Sequence record: SRR20825006_1005
Reading direction: 5' to 3' (one strand)
Length of the DNA: 64,000 bases
Shown here: positions 33,321 through 43,702 of the stretch, in pieces
Layout: the number at the start of each line of letters is the position of its first letter
Position numbering within the stretch: the first letter of the stretch is position 1
Position numbers and translations under genes: made by a program
The notes under the pieces: model-generated
Database searches by the model: none
Told to the model about the DNA's origin: nothing
Seen by the model: only the letters and a program-made list of their open reading frames with translations

Positions 33321-33370
33321 GGGGTTGGATCGTGAGAAAATGAAGTGGAAGTGCGGCCGGTCAGGCGTAT

Positions 33371-34462
33371 TTATTCCGTCAGGACAGTTCCGAGTGTCAA
33401 CGCGATCTCACGATAGATGTCACGCAATTGATCGCCATTGGTGGCATGGAAGTGACGTCCCCCGCCAATTCGTGCGACGTCTTGCATGCGACCGAAATCG
33501 GCTCCAGCTCCGAAGGTGATTGTGTGGATGGTGACGCCGTCGGCCGCCAGGTCAGTTGCCACGACTCGTGGTTCGGGGCCGCGGTTGTGGCGACCATCCG
33601 TCATGACGATCATGGTTCGTTCGACAAATTCAGGTGGGCGACCACGCAGTGCAATTTCTTGCCCTGCTTGCATGCCGCGGGAGATGCTGGTGAAGCCGCC
33701 GGTTCGTAGGCGGTCCATCGCATTGTTGACCTCAGCGAAATTCTCGGTCAGTTGAACGTCTTCGCTGGCTCGGTCGTTGTACGAAGCCAACCCAATCTGT
33801 TCGTCGACGGGGGTCGTTGCGAGCAGGTCGGTAAAGATCCGAATAGCGGCTTGCAAATCGTTGAATCGGCTGCCGGCCATCGAGCCACTGCGGTCGACCA
33901 CCAAAGTGATGTCTCGTTCGACGTAAGTTGCCGTCGCGAAGGCTTCGGGTTCAAAGATGGATGTTCCGGTGACGTTTCCGAAGAACAATGGAACAGGACC
34001 CGAAAGTGAACCAGTCGTGCGTTGTCCGTTGACGCGAACACCGTTGAAAGGAGCTTCGCCGGCATTGAATGCGTACTTGCCATTGACCTGACGATCGGAT
34101 CTGCCGAACTGAAAGTCTCCATCAGCGAGAAGCAAAGGTTGGCCGTTGACCAAGTTGGCTTGTGCGATTTGCTGTCCACGTTGAATCGCGAGGTTTCGAT
34201 CGAGTGTATCTGCCAAGGTCGTCGCGGCAGCATTTGCGGCGGCGTCGGTGGATGAACGCAACTCGGTTCGAGCCAAGTGCATTTGGGCGATGTCGATCGA
34301 GAATGCAACAACGATCAGAAACAAGAACATCATGATCGCGATCAGGACCAGCATCGCCCCGTGCCGTTGCGGTGCGTTTCGAGCTTGCTTGGGATCCAAT
34401 GCGACGCAGCGATCTCGAAATTTGCGAGACAGTTTCGCTTTGCTAGTGAAGGAATTTCGCAT
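33371..34462 (-). CDS. TadG-like protein with vWA domain
   Basis: RHG|AMLVL TM segment, DAAANAA, MIDAS DRSGS...T...TDG. Confidence 0.88.
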   Translation of the reverse strand: MRNSFTSKAKLSRKFRDRCVALDPKQARNAPQRHGAMLVLIAIMMFLFLIVVAFSIDIAQMHLARTELRSSTDAAANAAATTLADTLDRNLAIQRGQQIAQANLVNGQPLLLADGDFQFGRSDRQVNGKYAFNAGEAPFNGVRVNGQRTTGSLSGPVPLFFGNVTGTSIFEPEAFATATYVERDITLVVDRSGSMAGSRFNDLQAAIRIFTDLLATTPVDEQIGLASYNDRASEDVQLTENFAEVNNAMDRLRTGGFTSISRGMQAGQEIALRGRPPEFVERTMIVMTDGRHNRGPEPRVVATDLAADGVTIHTITFGAGADFGRMQDVARIGGGRHFHATNGDQLRDIYREIALTLGTVLTE

Positions 34463-34538
34463 GGTGCAGTTCTGAACGAGGCGGAGAAAGATGGGGCGAG
34501 TCGGACGTGCGTTTGGGAATCAACGACGTGCTGATGTC

Positions 34539-34976
34539 TTACTGCTTCAGCATCACCGTGTTGACGGTGAGTTGGCGGTTGGTGAGAAACCGTCCCAGCA
34601 AGGGACTGTTCTCTGCACTCGAAGCCGTCACGGAGGTGATGACTTCTGCTGCACGATCCGCATCCAATGATTCGCCATTGGGGAAAGTGATTCGGTAGCC
34701 AACGATGCCACGCGAATCGAGGATCGCTTGGGCTCTCGCTGCGGCGTCGGCATTGCTTCGTCCATCGCGAATTGCTTCACGGGTGGATTCGTAGGCGGCG
34801 ACGTTGAGAGACTGTTTCAAGAAAATCATGCTGGAGGCTTCGATTGAACCGAAAACCAACAGGATCAGAATTGGCAAGCAAACGGCGAATTCAACCGTTG
34901 CCACACCGGATCGGCGACGACGATGGCGCCGCCCAGGAACTGACTTGTTCCGTCGTTTGGAGGTGGGTACAGGCAT
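34539..34976 (-). CDS. TadE-family pseudopilin
   Basis: RRSG|VATVEFAVCLP; AAYESTR. Confidence 0.85.
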   Translation of the reverse strand: MPVPTSKRRNKSVPGRRHRRRRSGVATVEFAVCLPILILLVFGSIEASSMIFLKQSLNVAAYESTREAIRDGRSNADAAARAQAILDSRGIVGYRITFPNGESLDADRAAEVITSVTASSAENSPLLGRFLTNRQLTVNTVMLKQ

Positions 34977-34986
34977 CGGAATGAAA

Positions 34987-35478
34987 TCAGGCGTTGGTGG
35001 ATGATGGGCTGGTTTCGTCGCCGGTTGGTTCGGCGTCGGCATCGGACAACAACCCGGTTCGCTGGGCCATGCTGTTGAACGAATCAGCGACGTCTTTCCA
35101 AAAGTCATTGTTTCGAAATGACAAACGGGTGACCGGGCGGCCTTCGGCCGCGTTGAGAATCTCGGTTCGCAATCGCATGATCGGTCCGGCGAAACGATTA
35201 GTTAGTTTGAGTGTGTCGAGCACAAAGGCGGGGATCAACGCGATCGAAATCAAAAAGAACGGTAAGAACCGGCGTACACAGTCTTCGAACGAGTGCTGCC
35301 AGCTCAGGTCAGGTTGTTCAAACAAACGCAACCAGAGCAGCAAGGCAACGGAGTTGCACACAAACAAAACGATCCAGTGAAAAGCAATCTTCTTCACGAC
35401 GCCGTATTGGACTGTGCGATCGACGACCGTCGTGGATCGGTCCTTCCGTGTTGGATGAGTGCTGGCTGCGATGGACAT
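34987..35478 (-). CDS. Two-TM protein with HAMP-like domain
   Basis: Two TM segments then FAGPIMRL...G......FR.ND...VADSFNSM. Confidence 0.65.
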   Translation of the reverse strand: MSIAASTHPTRKDRSTTVVDRTVQYGVVKKIAFHWIVLFVCNSVALLLWLRLFEQPDLSWQHSFEDCVRRFLPFFLISIALIPAFVLDTLKLTNRFAGPIMRLRTEILNAAEGRPVTRLSFRNNDFWKDVADSFNSMAQRTGLLSDADAEPTGDETSPSSTNA

Positions 35479-35744
35479 GATGCAAACCGTTCGAACGAAT
35501 TGGGTGCTGACAAAGAGGGAAATGTGTCGCAACCGCCATGATGGCAACGGTTGCATCCAACCCTAGTTCGCATGGATTGATCGGCGCTTCCAACCTGACG
35601 GGTGGCATCCCAGCAAAAGAGAAAGTCGATGGACTAATCCGGTTTTGACGGTCTTGCAGGCATGTCCCGGCAAGCTGGTTGGGTTGAATCGGCCGCGGGA
35701 CTGACTGACAATGAACAGATCCTCACACCTATTCACGAAGTCCA

Positions 35745-36608
35745 ATGCTCATGAACAACAACAGTTCCTCCTCGGACACTCAGTTCGCGATCATTCCTGA
35801 TCGGGAATCCATTGCGACGGTCCAGCGTGACATCCGCTTCTTTCCGACCATCAATGATTCTCCAAATCTGCTGAGCCAAGAGCAGGTGAAGGCTTGGAAC
35901 GAAGATGGCTATTTGGGGCCGCTGGATGTTCTCGACGCGAATGAAACCGCTTCGCTGCGTGAATACTTTGATGCCTTGTTGGCAGAAACCATGGCGGCCG
36001 GAAAAGACAGCTATTCGATCAGCAGTGCTCATCTGAAGCACGCTCGTGTTTGGGATTTGCTTCAGCATCCAAAGTTAGTTGGATACGTTTCCGATTTGCT
36101 GGGTGAAGATGTCATTGGCTGGGGATCGCATTTCTTCTGCAAGATGCCTGGCGATGGCAAGCGAGTTGATTGGCATCAAGATGCCAGCTACTGGCCTCTG
36201 ACACCAACCAAAGCCGTGACCGTTTGGCTGGCGATCGACGATGCCGATTTAGACAATGGTGGGATGGAAGTCTTCACCGGTTCTCATCAGCACGGATTGA
36301 TTGATTTTGACATGACCGATTCAGATTCGGGGAATGTTCTGGATCAAGTCGTCGCGGAACCTGAGAAGTATGGAACGCACCGGTTCACTCCCGTTCGTGC
36401 CGGACAGGTGTCCATCCATAGCGATTTGTTGGTTCACGGATCGGCGCCCAACCAGAGTGACCGACGGCGTTGCGGTTTGACGCTGCGGTATTGCCCCGCG
36501 GACGTGACAGCGTATTTGGGCTGGGAAAAGAAGGGTGTGGTCGTTGCCGGCACCGCTCCGGCAGGTAAATGGCCGGGGGCTCAGCGGCCTGAGTCGTTTG
36601 CCTCGTAA
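35745..36608 (+). CDS. PhyH-family Fe(II)/2-oxoglutarate dioxygenase
   Basis: WHQD, VWLAIDD, GSH, HGSAPN.S..RR. Confidence 0.9.
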   Translation: MLMNNNSSSSDTQFAIIPDRESIATVQRDIRFFPTINDSPNLLSQEQVKAWNEDGYLGPLDVLDANETASLREYFDALLAETMAAGKDSYSISSAHLKHARVWDLLQHPKLVGYVSDLLGEDVIGWGSHFFCKMPGDGKRVDWHQDASYWPLTPTKAVTVWLAIDDADLDNGGMEVFTGSHQHGLIDFDMTDSDSGNVLDQVVAEPEKYGTHRFTPVRAGQVSIHSDLLVHGSAPNQSDRRRCGLTLRYCPADVTAYLGWEKKGVVVAGTAPAGKWPGAQRPESFAS

Positions 36609-37014
36609 TCCGTCAATGCGAGAGGCAACGCCGAAACCGATTGTTTCAGCCACCGAAGTGTGCTGATCATCTGGATATCCACGCGGTTTTAATGGCGAAT
36701 TCGGTTTGGGAGCGACGGAAAAAACGGTAAAGTTCGGCGGCTTCGGTTCAATCGTGGTGGGAGTCTCGGTTCCGTAAAACGAGCGGGCGTTTATACTGGC
36801 GCGGTGCCCGGTTTCGTCGGCTGCCGCTGAGCCGGTGAAGTTGCCAGGCTATTCTTTCGCAGTGTTGAGAGCGTTTCTGCGATGGAAATGTGTGGTGGCT
36901 TGAACTTCCTAGACGTTCATCGAAGGGACCGAAGACAATTCTGTCGGTGCAGTTCACTCACCAAAAAATGAAACACTCTCGTTTCGCAGCTTTTTCTCCT
37001 TTGTGATTTGTTTG

Positions 37015-37887
37015 ATGACTCTGGCTTCTGTCTATCAGTCCACCGATTGTGCGATTTCATTTGAGCTGTTTCCGCCTAAGACCTCCGAAGGTGTGGAATT
37101 GCTCTGCAAAAACGTCGAACGGTTGATGCAGTTTGGCCCGAAGTATTTCACCTGCACTTACGGAGCGGGCGGTTCGAGCCAAGGAACAACACTCGAGGTC
37201 CTGCAGAAGGTGAAGCAAATCACCAAACTGCCCGTCGCATCTCACCTGACCTGTGTCGGGTCGACCGTGAAGGAACTGGAGGCCTACCTCACGGAAGCCG
37301 GTCGGATCGGCGTCGACTACATCGTTGCTTTGCGTGGTGACCCACCCAAGGGAACAACGCAATTCGAAGTCACCGAGGGCGGTCTGAAATACGCCAATGA
37401 GTTGGTGGAACTGATCCGTGGACGATTCGGTGATTTAGGAATTGCGGTTGCGGGCTATCCTGAGACACATCAAGAAGCGGTGGACTTCCAAACCGATTTG
37501 ACCAATCTGAAGCGAAAGGTCGACGCGGGAGCAGACATCGTCATCACGCAGTTGTTCTACGACAACGATGATTTTTACCGGTTCCGCGACGCCTGTGAGA
37601 AGGTTGGCATCGAGGTGCCGATCGTTCCAGGGATTTTGCCCGTGACCAATTTCAAGCAAGCGAAACGGATCGCATCGATGTGCAAGGCGGCGATCCCGCA
37701 ATCACTGGAATCCGCGATGACCGAAGCAGATGATGATCAGGATCAATTCCGCGTGGGCGTCGAGCACGCTCGTCAGCAAACGATTGATTTGGTGAACAAT
37801 GGCGTGCCCGGCATCCATTATTACGTTCTGAACAAAAGCGAAGCTGCCGCTGAACTGCTCGACGGGTTGTCGCTGACGAGTTGCTGA
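37015..37887 (+). CDS. metF: 5,10-methylenetetrahydrofolate reductase
   Basis: SFELFPPK, TYGAGG, HLTC, ALRGDPP, YPETH, ITQLFYD. Confidence 0.96.
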   Translation: MTLASVYQSTDCAISFELFPPKTSEGVELLCKNVERLMQFGPKYFTCTYGAGGSSQGTTLEVLQKVKQITKLPVASHLTCVGSTVKELEAYLTEAGRIGVDYIVALRGDPPKGTTQFEVTEGGLKYANELVELIRGRFGDLGIAVAGYPETHQEAVDFQTDLTNLKRKVDAGADIVITQLFYDNDDFYRFRDACEKVGIEVPIVPGILPVTNFKQAKRIASMCKAAIPQSLESAMTEADDDQDQFRVGVEHARQQTIDLVNNGVPGIHYYVLNKSEAAAELLDGLSLTSC

Positions 37888-38083
37888 GCGTCGGCGTGTC
37901 AGTGACCTTTTTAAGGTTGCGGAAAGTCGCTTTGTTGGCGGATTGTGTTTTCCTGGTGCGCGTTGTGTGTCATTCTGCCCGCACAATCCAACCAGATGGA
38001 CTTTGGGTCGTGACGAAATGTCGCTTTTGGTGAATCGCGACCTAAGCGAACGTCGAAAAGTTGGTTTAGAGAGCTAGGCTTTC

Positions 38084-38305
38084 GTGTCCACCGACCTTCT
38101 GAACGAGACGACACCCATGTTCGCTCCCATTTCGACGCCATTCATTCACACGCTTCATGGTTTGACCTATCGGGTCGCACCTGTCTCGCAGCGTAGTGAG
38201 AACGAAGATCCACAAACTTCACGACGTCGTGAAGAGCATGTTGTGGATCGGCCAACGCCTAAACGCCGCAACTCCGATGAACAGTCCTTGGATCAAGACG
38301 CGTAA
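38084..38305 (+). CDS. Possible small hypothetical protein
   Basis: 73 aa ORF in an otherwise empty 600 nt gap; no motif. Confidence 0.25.
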   Translation: MSTDLLNETTPMFAPISTPFIHTLHGLTYRVAPVSQRSENEDPQTSRRREEHVVDRPTPKRRNSDEQSLDQDA

Positions 38306-38512
38306 TTTCGCGATTGATTCCGAGGCCGACCCGTCAAGCTGATTTCGCTCGTTTCCAAACGAGTTTCGCCACCGGTCCAAACTGAACAAGGTGGCGAAAT
38401 GTTGATTCTAGCGATGGTCTTTGGCTCTGCCATCAGTTCGTTGTTTCAAGAACGCGTCGCTCACGGTCTAGCTGTGGCGACGCCGAATGATGGTCTCGGT
38501 CGCTGAAGGTGC

Positions 38513-40591
38513 TCAGCGAGGTTTACCGATTGCGAACAGCTTGTCCTTCGTGCTGATGAAGATCGTTTCATCGGCAGCGACGGGTGTGCTGTAAACGCTG
38601 GTTCCCATGTTGATCTCTTCGATGGGCTCATTGTTCTCCGCACCAAACTCGAACACGCAGACGTCACCGTCTTCATCACCGATGTAGACCTTGTCGTCGG
38701 CGATCAGCGGGCTGCCCCAGCTTTGGGCGAACATGTCGTAGGTGAAGTGAACAATCGGTGTGCCATCTTCATTCCCTTTCGCGTCCAAGCAGTGGACCAA
38801 TCCGGAGAAGTCAGCGATGTAAAGCACGTCATCTTTGATGGCAACCGTGCCGCAACTGCGGTGCATTTCTTCTTCGAAATCAATTTCACCGTCGTCGTTT
38901 TGGTCAGCCAATGAGTAGTGCCAAACGACAGCCGAATTCGGATTGTCGACAGCAGCCTCGCCCTTTTCCGGTTCAACCGCTTGAATGCGTTTGTGGTCGA
39001 TGGGTTCGCGGCTATCGCCTTCCAATTTCACGGCCAACTGAGGCGAAACATCGCCACGTTTGGTGGGGTCGATGCACCACAGGTGACCTTCCCCTTCGCC
39101 GTGCTCAGGGTCTTGTCCAACGGCGACATAAACCCAACCGTCGTAAGCAACCGGGGTCGCGATCAGGTTGTTGCGAGTGCCTTCGCCGCCGAGGATCCAT
39201 TTGGATTCCTTGGGATTGCAGTCGAACTTCCAAAGCAATTCGCCCGCACCATCTTTTCCGCCGTCAGCTTTGAAGCTGTACAACCATCCGTCGCCACCGC
39301 AGAACAAAACTTGCGGTACGCCACCGAGGACTTCGATGGAAGGTGACGACCATTGTCCGTGCAAAATGTTAGTGCCAGGAGATTGATCAGTCCACAACAC
39401 CTCACCGGTGTTCTTGTTCATGCAGATGAAGCTGGGAGCTTCGGGTGCGGGCAAGTTGATGTGTGATTCGTCGAGACCGTTGCTGGTGTTGACGAACAAC
39501 AAGTCTCCGTAGCTGGTGACGCTGCATGAGCACATGTTGTGTTGGCTGACCCCGAGTTCATCCATCATGTTGAAAACCCAAATCACGTCAGCGTCTTGTT
39601 TGTCCTCTACCGACAATGTCTTGAAGATCGAGATGCGTGGTCCGAGTTGTTTGATTGCCAGTGTACGATCGACGCCACCAAAATTGCCTTTGGCGGTCCA
39701 TGATTTGTTTTCCGCGAGTGTTTTGATTTCGATGTCGCCTTCGGGTTCACTTCCGGCGTCGGTCAAAACCTTCGTCAGTGCTTCGGTCAATTCACCTTGG
39801 TTCAGCGACGACAACGAATCTTCGTAGTCGCTTCCTTCGCCGCTGTTCATCAAGTCGCCGACACGAGCCACTTCGTTTTGGACTGGTCCGTCGTCTTCAC
39901 CATCATGGAAACCTTTGGTGTCCAGGCAGCGGACTTCACCGCGGCTGGTCACGAACCACAATCGTTCGCCTTCGACCAATGGTGCACAGCAGATGCCCTG
40001 CAATGGCCAATCGTGGACACGACCGGTGATCAGTTTTTCGCTGCTGTGTTGCCATAGGAAGCTGCCGTCTTTCTGGTCGAAAGCGAGCAAGCAACCGAGG
40101 TCCACGTTGCTGGGATAGCGTTTGAGGTAACCGTTGCCGTTGTTGGAACCGACGTAGACTTGGCCTCCTGAAACGACTGGGTTTCCGTAGGTTTGGCTTC
40201 CTAGGCTGGAGAACCAGCGGACGTTTTCAGCTTTGGATCCATCCCACTCGCCGGTGCGGCGATCAAATTTGCCGATGTTCCAGGACTCGGGCAGGTTCTT
40301 TGCATTGGGCACATTGTTGCGGACGCGGGTGCCGCCCCATTGTGGCCATTCCTTGCCGGATTCGATGACCTCAGCGGGAGGGATGAATTCGCTAACGTCG
40401 GCAGCAGATCCAGAATCGGATTTCGATTTGTCCACGTCGGCCACGACCGTTTCGTTCGCAGCAGCGGCGGCCAATGTGACAATGCTCAACGGAACAGGCG
40501 GTTGGCAACCGCTCAGCAGAACCGTTGTCAGTGTGCCCAGTATCGCTGAGCCAAGCATCAAGCACCAAGCAGAAAATTCAGAGCGAGCCAT
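38513..40591 (-). CDS. PQQ/BamB-like beta-propeller lipoprotein
   Basis: LLSGC lipobox; WPQWGG..RN; repeated W..D / SP propeller blades. Confidence 0.85.
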   Translation of the reverse strand: MARSEFSAWCLMLGSAILGTLTTVLLSGCQPPVPLSIVTLAAAAANETVVADVDKSKSDSGSAADVSEFIPPAEVIESGKEWPQWGGTRVRNNVPNAKNLPESWNIGKFDRRTGEWDGSKAENVRWFSSLGSQTYGNPVVSGGQVYVGSNNGNGYLKRYPSNVDLGCLLAFDQKDGSFLWQHSSEKLITGRVHDWPLQGICCAPLVEGERLWFVTSRGEVRCLDTKGFHDGEDDGPVQNEVARVGDLMNSGEGSDYEDSLSSLNQGELTEALTKVLTDAGSEPEGDIEIKTLAENKSWTAKGNFGGVDRTLAIKQLGPRISIFKTLSVEDKQDADVIWVFNMMDELGVSQHNMCSCSVTSYGDLLFVNTSNGLDESHINLPAPEAPSFICMNKNTGEVLWTDQSPGTNILHGQWSSPSIEVLGGVPQVLFCGGDGWLYSFKADGGKDGAGELLWKFDCNPKESKWILGGEGTRNNLIATPVAYDGWVYVAVGQDPEHGEGEGHLWCIDPTKRGDVSPQLAVKLEGDSREPIDHKRIQAVEPEKGEAAVDNPNSAVVWHYSLADQNDDGEIDFEEEMHRSCGTVAIKDDVLYIADFSGLVHCLDAKGNEDGTPIVHFTYDMFAQSWGSPLIADDKVYIGDEDGDVCVFEFGAENNEPIEEINMGTSVYSTPVAADETIFISTKDKLFAIGKPR

Positions 40592-40733
40592 GATTGTTTT
40601 TGGGAGGGAGGGTTCGTTGGATGTTCGAAGCGAATTGCGACGGTTGGAGGGTCGCGATCTCGCTGCAGATTGGGAGGGAGTTCAATCAGTCGGTGACGTT
40701 GGATGCGGCACAAAATCAACCGCATCATCGCGA

Positions 40734-43049
40734 TCACTCATTGGGTGTGACTTCCAGGTTGTCGATGTAGAGCTCAGCGACCTTCGCGTTGCCGTACAAA
40801 CCAGGACTGGCCGACAGAACAGGAATCTTGTCTTCCGCGGTCACGGTCCAGTCAGCGGGCTCTTCTTCACCGCGAGGCCAGACTTTGCCCTTCAACACGG
40901 CAATGGCGTTGTCGCCGCTGCCTTCGATTTGGGCTCGGAATTTCATCCGATACCACTGGTCTTCTTTCCAAGGGAAATCAACGGTTTGTGCCATTCGCAA
41001 TTGCGGTGACCAAGATCGGATTTGCAACTGTTGGCTGTTGCCCATCAAGTCCAAGACATAGCCGTGAGCGGTTAAACCGATGTCCGGGAGTTGGTCATTG
41101 GCACGGCTGCCACGAACGTCAGCGGCGATGGTGTAGTTCTTCAGTTCGCTGGATCCCATCCAAGCACGGCTTCGTGCTCCCTTTGGAATCGTGCTGATCT
41201 TTACCAGTGCGGGTGAACCATCGACGGGTCGGATCACGTGACGATAGCGAGCTCCCACCCAGGACAGTGGTGGATCGTTCAAGTCATCAAAGTCGAACGC
41301 CCATGGCAGTTCAGGAACGATGCGAACCCGAGTGCGTCCGGTGACGCTGCCAACTTTGGCGATGATGGTGGCCGCGGTGTGGGCGACGTCAGAATCGGCG
41401 GTGAAGACGTTGCCGTCGACCGAGCCAGGACCTTCGACACTGAAGGTGATGTCCGAATCGGCCGGATCAGCCAAACGTTGTCCCAATCGATTGAACAATC
41501 GAACAGATAGCTCCATGGTTTGGCCGGGATACAGCAAACCTTCCGCTGGCGTGACCAACAACTGAGCTGGTTCCGGGTTTTCTTCGATGGGCGTCTCGCC
41601 GAGCAATTGTTCTGCCAGGACGAGTGGCTTTTGCTTTGATTCAGGTGAGCCGACGCAATACAAGGCCGAAGCACCTTGGAAATAAAGCTTGCCGTTGGCC
41701 AAGATTGGCGAGGAATGGAATGCCTCGTTGCGAATTCGGCCCTTGCTGAGGAACTCAACGCCGTCCTCCGTCATTTCCAAGATTGCCCACCGACCGTTTT
41801 CGGTCAGGACGTACAGCTTTTCATCTGCGACTAAGAGCGAGGGCCATTGTTTGCGGTCACCGATTGCGATCCGCTCGGCGATCAAGTCACCGGTTTCGGT
41901 GTCAATGATCCAAAGCTTGCAGCGGTCATCGACCACATACAAACGGTTGTCGACGACGACGGGAGCACTGCGGCCGACGACCAGCCCTTCCATCTTCCAG
42001 ACTTCTTTGCCGTAGGTTTCGTCGCCGGTTCCGCCGACTTCGACGGAAGCGACCGCACCCATCGAGCTGCCGGACATGTTTTCTTCGCTGTGGCTAGCGT
42101 AAACCCGGTTGCCGTCGACCAAAGGCGTGGCGAACAATCCGCGACGAGATAGGTCGTGATGCCAAAGTGGCTTGCCGGTGCGAGGTTGAATGCCCCAGAC
42201 CGCTCCATCGCCCGTTCCCAGGATCAATTGCCGTTGGCCTTCGATCGTGGTCAGTGTGGGCGCTGAGTAGGTCGTGTCGTTGGGCAAATCCTTGGTGCCA
42301 CTGAACCAGACAACCTCGCCGGTCAGTTTGTCCATCGCGATCAAGCGGTGGTTGGGTTTGGCAGCTTCGCCCCAGTTAATGATGATACCGCTGATGATCA
42401 CGAGGTCTTCGTGAATCACAGGAAAGTTGGTCCGACCGCCGTAGGTCGACAACATCCCGAATTGTTCGTGAAGGGGTTTGCTCCAGACAGTTTGCCCGGT
42501 TTCTCCATTGATACAGAGAAACAAATCGCACACACCCAGGGCATAAACGTTGCCGCTCTCGGGATCCGCGACGACGCTGCTCCAACCCACCCGGGTGTCA
42601 GGAACGTCAGACAGATAGACGTTGAAAGCGTTTTCCCAGAGGGTTTCACCGGTTTCCGCGTCGAGGCAGACGACTTTTTCGCCTTCGGTGTCCGTGCCCG
42701 GATTCGAACGCATCATCGTGTAAAGCCGGCCGTTCATCGAAACTGGCGTGCTGCGAGTACCGATGTCTTCCCGTTTCCAGATGAGGTTGCTGCCCTCGCC
42801 GCCTTCGGAATCCCAGTCTTCGACCAGGTTTTCAGCTTCGGCGGTCCCGTTGAAATTAGGGCCTCGCCAGTAAGTCCAGTCCGCCGTTTGACCGTTTTCT
42901 TGGGCACGGGCGGTGTTGGATCCGAGGGTCGCACCTACAAAACCCATCAAACACAGCAACACGGTCACCGCACGAGCAGTGCTGGCCTGTTGTTGTGAGG
43001 TCCTTTGGGATTGTGGCGAAGTGACAGAGCGGCGCAACGTCGCGAACAT
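40734..43049 (-). CDS. Secreted PQQ/BamB-like beta-propeller protein with C-terminal beta-rich domains
   Basis: Signal ending ARA|QE; WTYWRGP..NG; STP, SAP and SSP blades. Confidence 0.85.
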   Translation of the reverse strand: MFATLRRSVTSPQSQRTSQQQASTARAVTVLLCLMGFVGATLGSNTARAQENGQTADWTYWRGPNFNGTAEAENLVEDWDSEGGEGSNLIWKREDIGTRSTPVSMNGRLYTMMRSNPGTDTEGEKVVCLDAETGETLWENAFNVYLSDVPDTRVGWSSVVADPESGNVYALGVCDLFLCINGETGQTVWSKPLHEQFGMLSTYGGRTNFPVIHEDLVIISGIIINWGEAAKPNHRLIAMDKLTGEVVWFSGTKDLPNDTTYSAPTLTTIEGQRQLILGTGDGAVWGIQPRTGKPLWHHDLSRRGLFATPLVDGNRVYASHSEENMSGSSMGAVASVEVGGTGDETYGKEVWKMEGLVVGRSAPVVVDNRLYVVDDRCKLWIIDTETGDLIAERIAIGDRKQWPSLLVADEKLYVLTENGRWAILEMTEDGVEFLSKGRIRNEAFHSSPILANGKLYFQGASALYCVGSPESKQKPLVLAEQLLGETPIEENPEPAQLLVTPAEGLLYPGQTMELSVRLFNRLGQRLADPADSDITFSVEGPGSVDGNVFTADSDVAHTAATIIAKVGSVTGRTRVRIVPELPWAFDFDDLNDPPLSWVGARYRHVIRPVDGSPALVKISTIPKGARSRAWMGSSELKNYTIAADVRGSRANDQLPDIGLTAHGYVLDLMGNSQQLQIRSWSPQLRMAQTVDFPWKEDQWYRMKFRAQIEGSGDNAIAVLKGKVWPRGEEEPADWTVTAEDKIPVLSASPGLYGNAKVAELYIDNLEVTPNE

Positions 43050-43243
43050 CAAGGATTCCGGTGGGAGGGATGAGGTGGGAAGGTGGGGCACGACAGGATA
43101 ATTCGAATCGTATTGGTTGAAATGATTTTAGCGTGCCGGGACCCGTCACGTGCAATCCCCTCGAATGCTCAAAACGGTAAAAGCTGACAAGTCTGCCCTT
43201 TCGGCGTGTTTTTGCGGTTTCGTGGGAGCAGGACGCTTTTGAA

Positions 43244-43314
43244 ACCGGATCTGAGAACAGACGGCACCGGATCAGAGATCAGAAGGCACAGCGCAGTAGA
43301 GATGCAGTAGAGAT
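43244..43314. repeat. Short tandem duplications (22 bp x2 imperfect; 11 bp x2 exact)
   Basis: ACCGGATCTGAGAACAGACGGC / ACCGGATCAGAGATCAGAAGGC; GCAGTAGAGAT x2. Confidence 0.6.
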
Positions 43315-43330
43315 ACAGAAAACGAGTCGT

Positions 43331-43702
43331 TCAGGCTGAAGAGACGGCCGGATCTCCAAAGTGCTCGTCCGCGGGATCGAACTCAGGTGTGCACACGATC
43401 AGTACCTCCATTTTTCCGACCGCTCGATGTTGGACCCCGGGTGGAATGAGAATGGACATCAGTGGCCGAACGGGATGAAGTTCGCCATCGAGTTCGATCG
43501 CGGCATCGGCGTCACAGGTCAGAATCACGTAGACCTCGGTGTGATCGCGGTGGTGATGCGGCTTCGCATCCAGGCTGATCTGTGTCAGGTGCAACGTGCC
43601 CGGGAACTCAGGTGACTCCGAGAAGGCTCGGCGAGCCTGCCCGCAGGGGCATTCAACCGGTTTGATCCGTGTCAAATCCACGATTTCGGGTTTGGCGACC
43701 AT
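43331..43702 (-). CDS. Cupin domain protein
   Basis: HHHRDHTEVY...IPPGVQH; N-terminal CPCG. Confidence 0.88.
   Translation of the reverse strand: MVAKPEIVDLTRIKPVECPCGQARRAFSESPEFPGTLHLTQISLDAKPHHHRDHTEVYVILTCDADAAIELDGELHPVRPLMSILIPPGVQHRAVGKMEVLIVCTPEFDPADEHFGDPAVSSA

Noticed and set aside
35745-36608. SyrB2-like halogenase
   Set aside because: HQD retains the Asp ligand; halogenases have Ala/Gly there; no NRPS nearby
36609-37014. SAM, SAH or ZTP riboswitch upstream of metF
   Set aside because: Only fragments (ACTGGCG, GCCAGGCT); conserved cores not recognisable by eye; an Rfam cmscan would settle it
38364-38399. 10 bp inverted repeat TTTCGCCACC/GGTGGCGAAA as a mobile element end
   Set aside because: Single short hairpin between convergent genes; more likely a terminator-like structure
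38513-43049. Ser/Thr kinase (AfsK-like) or definite PQQ dehydrogenase call
   Set aside because: No kinase motifs; only propeller repeats are evident
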